From an uncultured Bacilli bacterium (GTDB taxonomy: Bacteria; Bacillota_I; Bacilli_A; RF39; UBA660): a stretch of DNA of 64,000 bases. Below the pieces are notes generated by a model. That model was not told the origin of the DNA and did not search any database. It was given only the letters and a program-made list of their open reading frames with translations. Each line of letters starts with the position of its first letter. The first letter of the stretch is position 1. The position numbers were made by a program, and so were the translations under genes. Positions 28,649 through 37,941 of the stretch are shown piece by piece. Location of the stretch: assembly GCA_947626055.1 (NCBI GenBank), contig CANQQP010000001.1, forward strand, positions 10,672 through 74,671, written 5' to 3'.

Positions 28649-29353
28649 ATGACTATAGAAGAGGAAATATTTAAAAGAGCCAAGATTGATTTTGCTAAAT
28701 TATGTAAATATGGTTTTAAAAAGAATAATTTATTATATAAATATTCTCAAAATATCATGCATAATACTTTTCGAATTGATATTGAAATAAATAACGCAGG
28801 AATAGTCAAAGGGAAAATTTTTGATTTATCTTTTGAAGATGAATATACTAATTTTCGAATAGAAGATAATAGAGGATCATTCCAAAATAAAGTTAGGGAC
28901 GAATTTATAAATTTATTGCAAGATATTAAAGATAAATGTTCTACAAGGGAAGTATTTATATATGAGCAGACTAATAGAATTGCTAAAGCAATTACGCAAA
29001 AATATGGTGATGAGCCTGAATTTGAATGGGAAAAGTTTCCAGGATATGCAACTTTTAAAAATAATAATAAATGGTATAGTATTATAATGAATCTTAATTT
29101 TAATAAACTAGGGGAGAATTCTTCTAAAAAAGTAGAAATAATTAATTTAAAGCTAGATCCAACTACTATAGAAAATTTCTTAAAGCAAAAAGGATTTTAC
29201 CCTGCTTATCATATGAATAAAAAACATTGGCTTACGATTATCTTAAATGATACCATCTCGGATGCAAAAATAATGCAGTTAATTGCCCAAAGCTATAGCT
29301 ATACTATATCTAAAAAAATAAAGCAAAATAGTAAAAAATGTGATAGACTATAG
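28649..29353 (+). CDS. MmcQ/YjbR-family protein with an N-terminal extension
   Basis: The C-terminal half contains PGYATFKNNNKWYSII...GFYPAYHMNKKHWLTIIL, matching the YjbR/MmcQ signature (HMNKKHW). Confidence 0.6.
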   Translation: MTIEEEIFKRAKIDFAKLCKYGFKKNNLLYKYSQNIMHNTFRIDIEINNAGIVKGKIFDLSFEDEYTNFRIEDNRGSFQNKVRDEFINLLQDIKDKCSTREVFIYEQTNRIAKAITQKYGDEPEFEWEKFPGYATFKNNNKWYSIIMNLNFNKLGENSSKKVEIINLKLDPTTIENFLKQKGFYPAYHMNKKHWLTIILNDTISDAKIMQLIAQSYSYTISKKIKQNSKKCDRL

Positions 29354-29371
29354 GGAAAAGGAGAGATTTAC

Positions 29372-30187
29372 ATGAAAAAAGTTATTAGTATATTTTTAAC
29401 AATTATAATGTTTTTTACAGCCTTAGACATTATCGCAACTTATTCTATTCGAAATATTTTATCAAGTGATGCGATGCAAGAGTTAATTAAAGAAACGAAT
29501 GTTACGGAAATAATTGAAGAAGTTAAAGAAGATGGAAAGTTAGATTTTGTTTATCAAGAAGCCGAAAAATACGGAGTTAGTGAAGATAAAGTTGATGAAG
29601 TTGTAGCGTCCGAAGAGGCCAAAGAATATTATGGTACTATCTTACAAAAATATTTGGATGGAACTGACATTACCTTAGATGAAGACACGCAAAAATTACT
29701 AGATATTGCTACTGAAAAATATAATATAGATTTAACAGAAGATCAAAAAGAAGAATTAAAAGAAAATATTAATGAGGTAGTTATTGTTAATAAAAAAGAA
29801 AATGTTAATAATGAGTTAGCTAATAATATAAACAAATATACAAATTTTGTAAAAAACAATGCTTTATATATTATTGCTATTGTTAGTTTAATTGTGCAAA
29901 TATTATTAATTGGTATTCTAAATATTAAAAAAAGAAATTTTATGAGTTATTTTGCAGTTTGCCTATTATTACTTGCTATATTCATGGGTTTAGGTACATT
30001 TGGTTTGCAAATAGTTTTAGCCATTTTAAATCAAAGTGTAAATATTAATTTAGTCAAATTATTTGGCAGCATTCTTCAAAAAGGATATATATTTAGTCTA
30101 GTACTATTTGTGTTAATGATTATTTTCTTCGTCATAAATAAAAAAATTAAAATAAATGGGTCAATGGAGAAGGAAAATGAACATTAA
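29372..30187 (+). CDS. Hypothetical membrane protein (1 N-terminal plus 3 C-terminal TM helices, acidic central region)
   Basis: ORF with RBS AAAGGAGAG. No known motif. Confidence 0.5.
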   Translation: MKKVISIFLTIIMFFTALDIIATYSIRNILSSDAMQELIKETNVTEIIEEVKEDGKLDFVYQEAEKYGVSEDKVDEVVASEEAKEYYGTILQKYLDGTDITLDEDTQKLLDIATEKYNIDLTEDQKEELKENINEVVIVNKKENVNNELANNINKYTNFVKNNALYIIAIVSLIVQILLIGILNIKKRNFMSYFAVCLLLLAIFMGLGTFGLQIVLAILNQSVNINLVKLFGSILQKGYIFSLVLFVLMIIFFVINKKIKINGSMEKENEH

Positions 30188-30527
30188 AAATTACTATGTA
30201 AGTGATATAGAGGCTTTTAAAGATAAATTGCTAAAAGAGTTAATTGCCCATAATATTTCTTTTGTTGTAGTAGATAATGAAATTCATTATGCAAACAATA
30301 TAATAAGATTTAATAACAAGACTATTAAAGTAAATAATCAAAAAGAGCAAAGAAAACAATATCGGAATGCTCTAATTAAATTATTTTTAAAAGAAGAAAC
30401 TGCTGATAAAAAAGATTATGATATTCTTAAAAATAATACAAAATTTTCAAAGGCAGATAATTATCATAAATTTAAAAATTATTATAAAATCCAACCGCAA
30501 ATGCGTAGTTTAAAAAAATATCATTAA
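30177..30527 (+). CDS. Hypothetical small basic protein
   Basis: ORF overlapping the upstream gene by 11 nt (start MNIKNYY). Lys-rich. Confidence 0.4.
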   Translation: MNIKNYYVSDIEAFKDKLLKELIAHNISFVVVDNEIHYANNIIRFNNKTIKVNNQKEQRKQYRNALIKLFLKEETADKKDYDILKNNTKFSKADNYHKFKNYYKIQPQMRSLKKYH

Positions 30528-30574
30528 GGTAATTAGGCCATAATGGTTATATAAAAATATGAAATGCATATATA

Positions 30575-30603
30575 TTGACATTATATATTAATTTATCTAT
30601 AAT
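30575..30603 (+). promoter_or_regulatory. Perfect consensus sigma-A promoter (TTGACA-17-TATAAT) for the paralog array
   Basis: TTGACA at 30575-30580, a 17-nt spacer, TATAAT at 30598-30603. Confidence 0.55.
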
Positions 30604-30629
30604 AAAAGCCTTTAGAAAGAGGGATAAAT

Positions 30630-31250
30630 ATGCTAAGTGATGGTGATAGAAAATTATTAATTTCTAAAATAACAAAATATATAGACTTAGGCGGGTATAG
30701 AGAAAAATTGTCAGAACTTGAAGATAAGATTATAAGTTTTCAAGATGCTGATTTATCATTATATTGGATAAGAAATATTTCTCCTGATAGGGCGAAGGAT
30801 CATGTAGATATCATATCCAATACTCAAAACCCTGAAAAGATGTGGTTATTATTATTTAATGGTAAAATGGGAAAGAATCATATGTATATTCTGGCTAAAA
30901 ATATAATGAAAGCCAATAATGAAACTTATATTGCTAAATTATTGGATAAGAGGATAGCGAGAAAATTAAAAATGAATGGGTCAGTAATTGAGTGGTTATC
31001 TACTTATGGTAGCAAAGAGGTAATTTATCAAACTCTTATGGAACCTATAGAACTTGAATATATTTACCAAAAAAAATTAATATTGGCAATATATTCAAAA
31101 TTAACGAAAGAAGAAATATTTAGGTTAAAAGCAAAAATAGGTGAAACATCTTCCGTTTTAGATGATATAGAGCATGAGCTACAAAAGCAACAAGCTTATG
31201 AGGAAGTAATAACTTTTGTTAACACTCTCGTCCCAATAAAAGTTAATTAG
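30630..31250 (+). CDS. Hypothetical protein, paralog A of a three-member tandem family
   Basis: 206 aa. Shares the N-terminal MLS..RK.L motif and the core DA.LSLYW..N..P....DH..V with the two downstream paralogs. Confidence 0.6.
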   Translation: MLSDGDRKLLISKITKYIDLGGYREKLSELEDKIISFQDADLSLYWIRNISPDRAKDHVDIISNTQNPEKMWLLLFNGKMGKNHMYILAKNIMKANNETYIAKLLDKRIARKLKMNGSVIEWLSTYGSKEVIYQTLMEPIELEYIYQKKLILAIYSKLTKEEIFRLKAKIGETSSVLDDIEHELQKQQAYEEVITFVNTLVPIKVN

Positions 31251-31455
31251 CGTTTTAAAACAGGGGTTATTCCCTTTTTTTCGTTGTTTAATAATTCAAG
31301 ATATTGATTGGCTTTATTTCCCCAAATAATTTGCACTTTACCGCAATTTTGACATATTCTTTTATAATAAGTTTGCGGACCAATGATTTTTTCACCCCAT
31401 AAAATAATTTCATCATAGTAGCCATCACTAGGAAGAGTATTAGCATAAACATATA
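31247..31455 (-). pseudogene. Start-less gene remnant (69 codons, CxxC-containing C-terminal fragment)
   Basis: The minus-strand frame is open from a TAG to a TAA (LYVYANTLPSDGYYDEIILWGEKIIGPQTYYKRICQNCGKVQIIWGNK..). There is no ATG and only an internal GTG. It overlaps the stop of paralog A. Confidence 0.3.
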
Positions 31456-31551
31456 ACTAGAAAAAATATATAATTGAAAACAAATTTTTAGTTTTTGTTG
31501 CTTTTACTAATTATTTCTTTTATAATAAAGACTCATAGAAATGAGGAAAAT

Positions 31552-32175
31552 ATGTTAAGCTCTGAAAATAGAAAAGTTTTAGTTGAATCTTTAGATAAGT
31601 TTTTAAATAATAAAAATAATCATGGGGAAAAGTTATTAAGCATTGAAAAAAATATAGTAGCTCTTAATGATGCTGGATTATCTATCTATTTTGCTGAAAA
31701 TGTTCCTAATGCTAATATTAAATCTCATTTGGAAGTAGTTATAAAAAGCAATGACTCCCAAAGTATGTCGTATTTTCGTAGTATGCTTACTATAATGGGA
31801 TATGACGAATTGAAATCTGATTTAGAAAGAGCTATTTTGACTACCGGCAATGAAGATGCTATTAGAGAATTGTGCTATTCGTTTAATTGTGATATAAACG
31901 ATTCATTAAGACAGGAAGCACGTGAGTGGTTATTTTAAAATGGCAGTAAGGAGTGCTTAATATATTATGTACTGATCGAAATTAATAAGGAGGGAAATAT
32001 CATTTTTATAAAGAGAATTTTAGAAAAATTATATCCTCAATTAACTGATGCAGAGCGCAATATATTAAGACAAAAATATCCTAATTATATAAAAAGCATA
32101 GAACGTAATTATCAGGAGACTGTTGAGTTAGAAAAATTAACTCAATTGGTAAGAGAGTTAAATTCTCATAATTAA
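31552..32175 (+). pseudogene. Paralog B of the tandem family, interrupted by an in-frame TAA at 31936-31938
   Basis: The upstream ORF (128 aa, MLSSENRKVL..) ends ..AREWLF*. The same frame then continues stop-free for 78 codons, NGSKECLIYYVL... This aligns with paralog A ..EWLSTYGSKEVIYQTL... The combined length of 207 aa is close to paralog A's 206 aa. Confidence 0.55.
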
Positions 32176-32200
32176 TAATAAAAAAAGGAGATAAATTGTA

Positions 32201-32758
32201 ATGAAAAAAGAAACTGAAAAAAACCCTACAATTACCAATATTATTGAACGTATTGAAGAATATTTAAAACAAGAATTTTCTAGAAACCTTTTATTAAAAT
32301 TAGAACCCCAAATTTTGAAAATACAAAATGCAGAATTATCTTTATGGTTTGTTGAAAATGTTCCGAACTCTAAAATTTCAGATCATCAAGCCATCGTTAT
32401 GCAATATGGAAGCTTTGCTGATCAAAAAGATTTTGCTTCTTATGTTCCTGGCGCTGATATATCGCTAATTGGTAAGAACATTGCAGAAAAATATAAAGAT
32501 AGCGATACAGATTATATTTATGATTTTTTAAATGATGTTGATGTTGACGTAAAGGAAGCAATTCACTATATGGTAGAAGTATGGAATAAATTAAACGAAG
32601 AACAACGCCAAACACTTTATATAAAGTATGTTGGTGGTGTGTATGATACAATTTTTAAACAGAACTTAGCTGTCATAAAAGAAAACAAGGCTTTACAACA
32701 AGTAGATGAAATATCAGCACTTATTAGAACTTATCAAAATCAAAGTAAAAAAGCTTAA
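32201..32758 (+). CDS. Hypothetical protein, paralog C of the tandem family
   Basis: 185 aa. Core motif NAELSLWFVENVPNSKISDH shared with paralogs A and B. RBS AAAGGAG. Confidence 0.6.
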   Translation: MKKETEKNPTITNIIERIEEYLKQEFSRNLLLKLEPQILKIQNAELSLWFVENVPNSKISDHQAIVMQYGSFADQKDFASYVPGADISLIGKNIAEKYKDSDTDYIYDFLNDVDVDVKEAIHYMVEVWNKLNEEQRQTLYIKYVGGVYDTIFKQNLAVIKENKALQQVDEISALIRTYQNQSKKA

Positions 32759-32812
32759 ATACTAGTTAAATCTAGTATTTTTTGTTATAATTTTATAGAA
32801 GGATATGATAAG

Positions 32813-33745
32813 ATGAAAGATTTAAAAGTCGTATTTATGGGAACTCCTGATTTTTCTGTCCCAGTTTTAAATACTCTAATTGAAAATACTAATGTATCTT
32901 TAGTAGTTTGTCAGCCTGATAAATTAGTTGGAAGAAAACAAACTCTAATGGCACCGCCTATTAAAAAGGTTGCTTTAGAACATAATATTAAAGTATTTCA
33001 ACCTGTTAAAATCAAAGAAGATTATGAAGAGATAATTAATGAGCAACCTGATATAATAATTACTTGTGCTTACGGACAAATAATTCCTAAAAAACTTTTA
33101 GATCTACCAGGATACGGTTGTATTAATGTTCACGCTTCTTTACTGCCAAAATTAAGAGGGGGAGCACCAATTCATCATGCTTTAATAGATGGATATGAAA
33201 AAACAGGTATTACGATTATGTATATGGCTGAAGGTATGGACGATGGTGATATCATTGCCCAAGAAGAATATGTTATAAAAAAAGAGGACAATGTCGGTAT
33301 TTTACATGATACTTTAGCAAAAATGGGAGCTAAACTTTTAATAGAAACTTTGCCAATGATTATCCAAGGGACTAATAAAAGAGTAAAACAAAATCCGAAA
33401 GAGGTAACTTTTGCTTATAACATTAAAAGAGATGAGGAACATTTAGATTTTCATGATTCCTGTCAAAATATATATAATAAAGTACGCGGATTAAATCCTT
33501 GGCCGTTAGCTAATATAATTTTAGATGGAAAAGAAGTTAAAGTTTTGGAATGTGAATATAAACTCCAACAAACGCATAATATTGCGCAGGTTTGCGAACT
33601 GACAAAAGATGCTATCGGAATATCTGCTCAAGATGGTATTATTTATTTAAAAACTATAAAACCTTTTTCCAAAAAAATAATGACTGTTAAAGATTATTTA
33701 AATGGAATAAAAAAGGATGAATTATTAAATAAAGAAGTAAAGTAG
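32813..33745 (+). CDS. fmt: Methionyl-tRNA formyltransferase
   Basis: 310 aa. N-terminal VVFMGTPDFSVP, then HASLLP..RG.API and the C-terminal domain. Confidence 0.9.
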   Translation: MKDLKVVFMGTPDFSVPVLNTLIENTNVSLVVCQPDKLVGRKQTLMAPPIKKVALEHNIKVFQPVKIKEDYEEIINEQPDIIITCAYGQIIPKKLLDLPGYGCINVHASLLPKLRGGAPIHHALIDGYEKTGITIMYMAEGMDDGDIIAQEEYVIKKEDNVGILHDTLAKMGAKLLIETLPMIIQGTNKRVKQNPKEVTFAYNIKRDEEHLDFHDSCQNIYNKVRGLNPWPLANIILDGKEVKVLECEYKLQQTHNIAQVCELTKDAIGISAQDGIIYLKTIKPFSKKIMTVKDYLNGIKKDELLNKEVK

Positions 33746-33754
33746 GTGAGATAA

Positions 33755-34411
33755 ATGTTTCGTAAAAAGGAGCCTAAATATAAACAAACTAATCCTGATG
33801 ATCCTTGGATTATTAAAACTTGGCAAACACCGAGAGGACGAGCTGCTTTAAAATTAGGTATATATGGAGTTTTTATACTATTAGTTTTACTACTTATTTT
33901 CTTTAGATCTGATTTATCTCCCAAAGTATATAAAACTGTATATACTCCTTATAAGAAAGATAATAGTACGAAAATAGAAGATTTAAAAAAGAACAATTTT
34001 GCTTATAAATACACGATAACTATTAATGAAACCAAAATTTTATATTATGGTAATAAGCTTTTAAATATCGAAAGTGGCTATAAAGAAGATATTAATGGGA
34101 TAATAAAATATATTAAAGAAAATGATAAAGTTTATAAAGTTGGTCTTACGGAAAAAGAAGAAATGACTAATTTATATGAAAATCTAAATCCTAATTATTT
34201 TAGTGTAAATTATATTATGGAATTAATAGAACCTCAATTTTTAGAAAATAAAGATAATGAGCAAAATTATATTTTGGATAATGGAGTAGAGATTAGTATT
34301 AAGTCGGATAATTCTGATATTAAAAATATTATCATAAAAGATGGTGCGGCTTTATATGAATTAGAATATTCAAATATTGGTAAAGTTACCCAGAATGATA
34401 TTGAAAAGTAG
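33755..34411 (+). CDS. Hypothetical membrane-anchored protein
   Basis: 218 aa with a single N-terminal TM helix. It occupies the slot between fmt and rlmN. Confidence 0.5.
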   Translation: MFRKKEPKYKQTNPDDPWIIKTWQTPRGRAALKLGIYGVFILLVLLLIFFRSDLSPKVYKTVYTPYKKDNSTKIEDLKKNNFAYKYTITINETKILYYGNKLLNIESGYKEDINGIIKYIKENDKVYKVGLTEKEEMTNLYENLNPNYFSVNYIMELIEPQFLENKDNEQNYILDNGVEISIKSDNSDIKNIIIKDGAALYELEYSNIGKVTQNDIEK

Positions 34412-34418
34412 GAGTTTT

Positions 34419-35441
34419 ATGGAAAATATATTTGATTATCGTTTAGATCAATTAGAAGATTACTTTTTAAGCATTAATGAAAAAAAATTTAAAGCTACGC
34501 AAATCTATGATTGGTTATATAAAAAGCAAGTTTTTGATTTTACGCAGATGACTAATTTAAAAAAAGATTTAATTATTAAATTACAAGAAACATTTACCAT
34601 TAATTCCTTAGAAATTATCAAAAAACAAACGGACAAAGACACGAAGAAATATCTTTTTAAATTAGCTGATGAAAATTTTGTGGAAAGTGTCTTAATGTAT
34701 CATGATTATGGAGTTAGTATATGTGTGTCTAGTCAAGTTGGCTGTAATATGGGCTGTGCTTTTTGTGAAAGCGGACGCTTAAAGAAAGTCCGAAATTTAA
34801 AAACGCATGAAATGGTTGAACAAATCTTATTAGTAACCCAAGATATAAAAGAGCGCATATCATCCGTTGTCATAATGGGGATTGGAGAACCCTTTGACAA
34901 TTATGATAATGTAATGAATTTTATTAAAATAATTAATAATGATAAAGGTTTAGCTATTGGTGCTCGTCATATTACTGTATCTACTTGTGGTATTATTCCC
35001 AAAATTAAAATGCTTATGGCCGAACCGCTTCAAATAAATTTAGCAATTTCCTTACATGCTCCAAATAATGCCTTGCGTAGTAAATTAATGAAAATAAATA
35101 AAATTTATGATATTGATAATTTAATTGCTACTTTAAAAGAATATATTAAAAAAACTAATAGACGAGTTACCATAGAATATGTTACACTTAATGGTGTTAA
35201 TGATAGTAGAGAGTGTGCACTAGAATTAGCTCATTTATTAAAAGGAATGAATGCCTATGTTAATTTAATTCCTTATAATGAAACAAATAACTTAGGATTT
35301 AAAAAATCGTCAAAACAAACAATTTTAGAATTTTATGACACTTTAAAGAAGCAGAAAATTAATGTCACTATTAGGCGTGAATTTGGTTCTAAAATAGATG
35401 CAGCGTGTGGACAATTAAGAAGCAAAGAGGTGGATGCATGA
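34419..35441 (+). CDS. rlmN: 23S rRNA/tRNA (adenine-C2)-methyltransferase RlmN (radical SAM)
   Basis: Radical-SAM CxxxCxxC (GCNMGCAFCESG). Conserved C-terminal ..DAACGQL. RBS AGGAG before the ATG at 34419. Confidence 0.9.
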   Translation: MENIFDYRLDQLEDYFLSINEKKFKATQIYDWLYKKQVFDFTQMTNLKKDLIIKLQETFTINSLEIIKKQTDKDTKKYLFKLADENFVESVLMYHDYGVSICVSSQVGCNMGCAFCESGRLKKVRNLKTHEMVEQILLVTQDIKERISSVVIMGIGEPFDNYDNVMNFIKIINNDKGLAIGARHITVSTCGIIPKIKMLMAEPLQINLAISLHAPNNALRSKLMKINKIYDIDNLIATLKEYIKKTNRRVTIEYVTLNGVNDSRECALELAHLLKGMNAYVNLIPYNETNNLGFKKSSKQTILEFYDTLKKQKINVTIRREFGSKIDAACGQLRSKEVDA

Positions 35442-36187
35442 AAACATTTTATTTAACAGATGCGGGAAGAGTTCGAGATCATAATGAGGATAGCGTAACA
35501 ATTTTAAAAAATATTAATAATGAATATTTAATGATTGTGGCTGATGGAATGGGCGGTCATAGAGCGGGAGAAGTTGCTTCTTCTTTAGCTGTTACCCATT
35601 TAGGAAAAAGATTTACAGAAATTGCTTCTTTAGGAAGTAAATTAGATGCCGTAAATTGGTTAAATGATAATATTAATGAAATTAATAAAGGTATAATTGA
35701 TTACACTAAGCAATATCCAGATACAACTGGAATGGGTACGACGTTAGTTGTAGCTTTATTAACTCAAGATTATTTAATATTTGGTAATATTGGAGATTCT
35801 CGTGGGTATGTTTTAAAAAATAATAAACTTCATAAAGTCACGAAAGAACATACTTTAGTTAATCTTTTAGTCAGTACGGGTGAGTTAAGTGAGGAAGAAG
35901 CTATCAATCATCCTAAAAAGAATGTCTTAATGAAGGCTTTAGGAGCTGCCGAATCATGCGAACTAGATATTTTTGATGTTGATAAAGATATTGATGGTAT
36001 TATGTTGTGCAGTGACGGATTAACTAATATGCTAACTAAAGAACAAATTGAAAAAGTCTTAAATGATGAAGAATTAACTATGGAAGATAAAGTAAGAAAG
36101 CTAATTAGAAAGAGTAATGCTAGGGGTGGCACCGATAATATAACAGTAGCGTTTTTATTGAAGGAAAGTGAGGATGCTGGTCTATGA
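35438..36187 (+). CDS. PP2C-family Ser/Thr protein phosphatase (Stp/PrpC)
   Basis: DAGRVRDHNEDS, ADGMGGH and the C-terminal GG.DNIT motifs. RBS GAGGTGG upstream. Confidence 0.85.
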   Translation: MKTFYLTDAGRVRDHNEDSVTILKNINNEYLMIVADGMGGHRAGEVASSLAVTHLGKRFTEIASLGSKLDAVNWLNDNINEINKGIIDYTKQYPDTTGMGTTLVVALLTQDYLIFGNIGDSRGYVLKNNKLHKVTKEHTLVNLLVSTGELSEEEAINHPKKNVLMKALGAAESCELDIFDVDKDIDGIMLCSDGLTNMLTKEQIEKVLNDEELTMEDKVRKLIRKSNARGGTDNITVAFLLKESEDAGL

Positions 36188-37941
36188 TAATGAAAGGTCA
36201 GAAGATTAATGATCGTTATCAAATTATAAAAACTATTGGCGAAGGGGGCATGGCCAATGTTTATCTAGCATATGATACTATTTTAGATCGCAACGTAGCT
36301 GTTAAAGTATTACGCGGGGATTTAGCTAATGATGAGAAATTTGTTCGTCGTTTTCAAAGAGAAGCCCTTTCAGCAAGTAGTTTATCTCATCCTAATATAG
36401 TGGAAGTTTATGATGTTGGTGAAGATAATGGCCAATATTATATAGTTATGGAATATATTGAAGGTAAACATTTAAAACAACTTTTAAAAAAACGTGGAAA
36501 CTTAACAATTACCGAAGTAATTGATATTATGTTACAAATTACCGATGGTATAGCAGTAGCTCATGATTCGTATATTATTCATCGAGATATCAAGCCGCAA
36601 AATATTATGATTTTAGAAAATGGGTTAGTCAAAATCACTGATTTTGGGATTGCTATGGCAATGAATGCCGCACAACTTACTCAAACTAACTCGGTAATGG
36701 GATCAGTCCATTACTTGCCTCCTGAGCAGGCGAGTGGTTCGGGTTCTACTTTACAAAGTGATATCTACTCAATGGGAATTTTAATGTATGAGCTTTTGTG
36801 TGGTCATTTACCTTATAGAGGCGATAATGCGGTTGAAATTGCTTTAAAACATTTAAAAGAGCCATTACCATCAATTAGAGAATATTTGCCAAATCTTCCG
36901 CAAAGTGTGGAAAATGTCATTTTAAAAGCTACTGCTAAGAATCCTAAAAATCGTTATGCTGATGCTAGAGAAATGCATGAAGATTTAAAAACAGTTATGG
37001 ACGATTCCCGCGTAGATGAGCCAAGATATGTTTATCCTTATCCCGAGGATGGCTTAGAAGACGCGGAAGTTACAAAAGATTTACAAGTCAAAGAAGAGCC
37101 AGAAGAAGAGGAAGAAGTTGTGGCTAAACAAATTACTAAAGATGATTTGAAAAAACAAAATAAACTTTTAATTATTTTAGGTTCTATTTTTGCCGGATTA
37201 GTTATTATTACTACAACTATTGTTTTAATATTGCCAATATTAACGGGTGGTAAAGAAGTAACCGTTCCAGATGTGGCGGGAATGAGTGTCAAAAAAGCTA
37301 TTAAAACTTTACAAGATAAAGGTTTTAAAATAGCTGATGATCAAAAAGAAACTGCTTCGGATGATATAGAAGAAGGCAAAGTTGTTAAAACTAATCCAGC
37401 TAGTGGATCAAAAAAAATTAAAGGTAAAGAAGTAACTTTATATGTTTCCACTGGTAGCAATCAAATTACAGTTGAAGATTATACCGGCCAAAATTATATT
37501 GAAGTTAAAGCAAAATTGGAAGTTCAAAATATTTATGTTGTCGTTGAAAAGAAAGATGTGGAAAGTTCTAATGAAATAACCGATACGCAAATTATTGGTC
37601 AATCTGTTGAAGCTGGTAAGAAATTGAAACCAAAAGAGACAATTACTTTATATATTCCTAATATAACAACTAAATATCCCGATTTTTCTCGAGGATATAG
37701 TGTAGAAGCTGTCCAAAATTGGTGTAATACTTATGGCATAACTTTAAATATTGAATATATTGAAACATCTGATTATGCACCAGGGACAATTTATTACCAA
37801 AGTAAAACAGTAGGTTATACTGTATCAGCAGGCTCTACGCTAAATATTAAAGTGGCAACAGCTAAAGAAAATGAAACGGCCGGTAATGATGTTAGTGTTC
37901 CAGATGAAGAAGATGTTTGTGAAACTACAGGATTATGCTAA
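36184..37941 (+). CDS. prkC: PASTA-domain Ser/Thr protein kinase (PrkC/StkP type)
   Basis: Kinase subdomains GEGGMA..VYLA, HRDIKPQNI, DFGIA. A TM helix followed by PASTA-like repeats. The start overlaps the phosphatase stop. Confidence 0.9.
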   Translation: MIMKGQKINDRYQIIKTIGEGGMANVYLAYDTILDRNVAVKVLRGDLANDEKFVRRFQREALSASSLSHPNIVEVYDVGEDNGQYYIVMEYIEGKHLKQLLKKRGNLTITEVIDIMLQITDGIAVAHDSYIIHRDIKPQNIMILENGLVKITDFGIAMAMNAAQLTQTNSVMGSVHYLPPEQASGSGSTLQSDIYSMGILMYELLCGHLPYRGDNAVEIALKHLKEPLPSIREYLPNLPQSVENVILKATAKNPKNRYADAREMHEDLKTVMDDSRVDEPRYVYPYPEDGLEDAEVTKDLQVKEEPEEEEEVVAKQITKDDLKKQNKLLIILGSIFAGLVIITTTIVLILPILTGGKEVTVPDVAGMSVKKAIKTLQDKGFKIADDQKETASDDIEEGKVVKTNPASGSKKIKGKEVTLYVSTGSNQITVEDYTGQNYIEVKAKLEVQNIYVVVEKKDVESSNEITDTQIIGQSVEAGKKLKPKETITLYIPNITTKYPDFSRGYSVEAVQNWCNTYGITLNIEYIETSDYAPGTIYYQSKTVGYTVSAGSTLNIKVATAKENETAGNDVSVPDEEDVCETTGLC

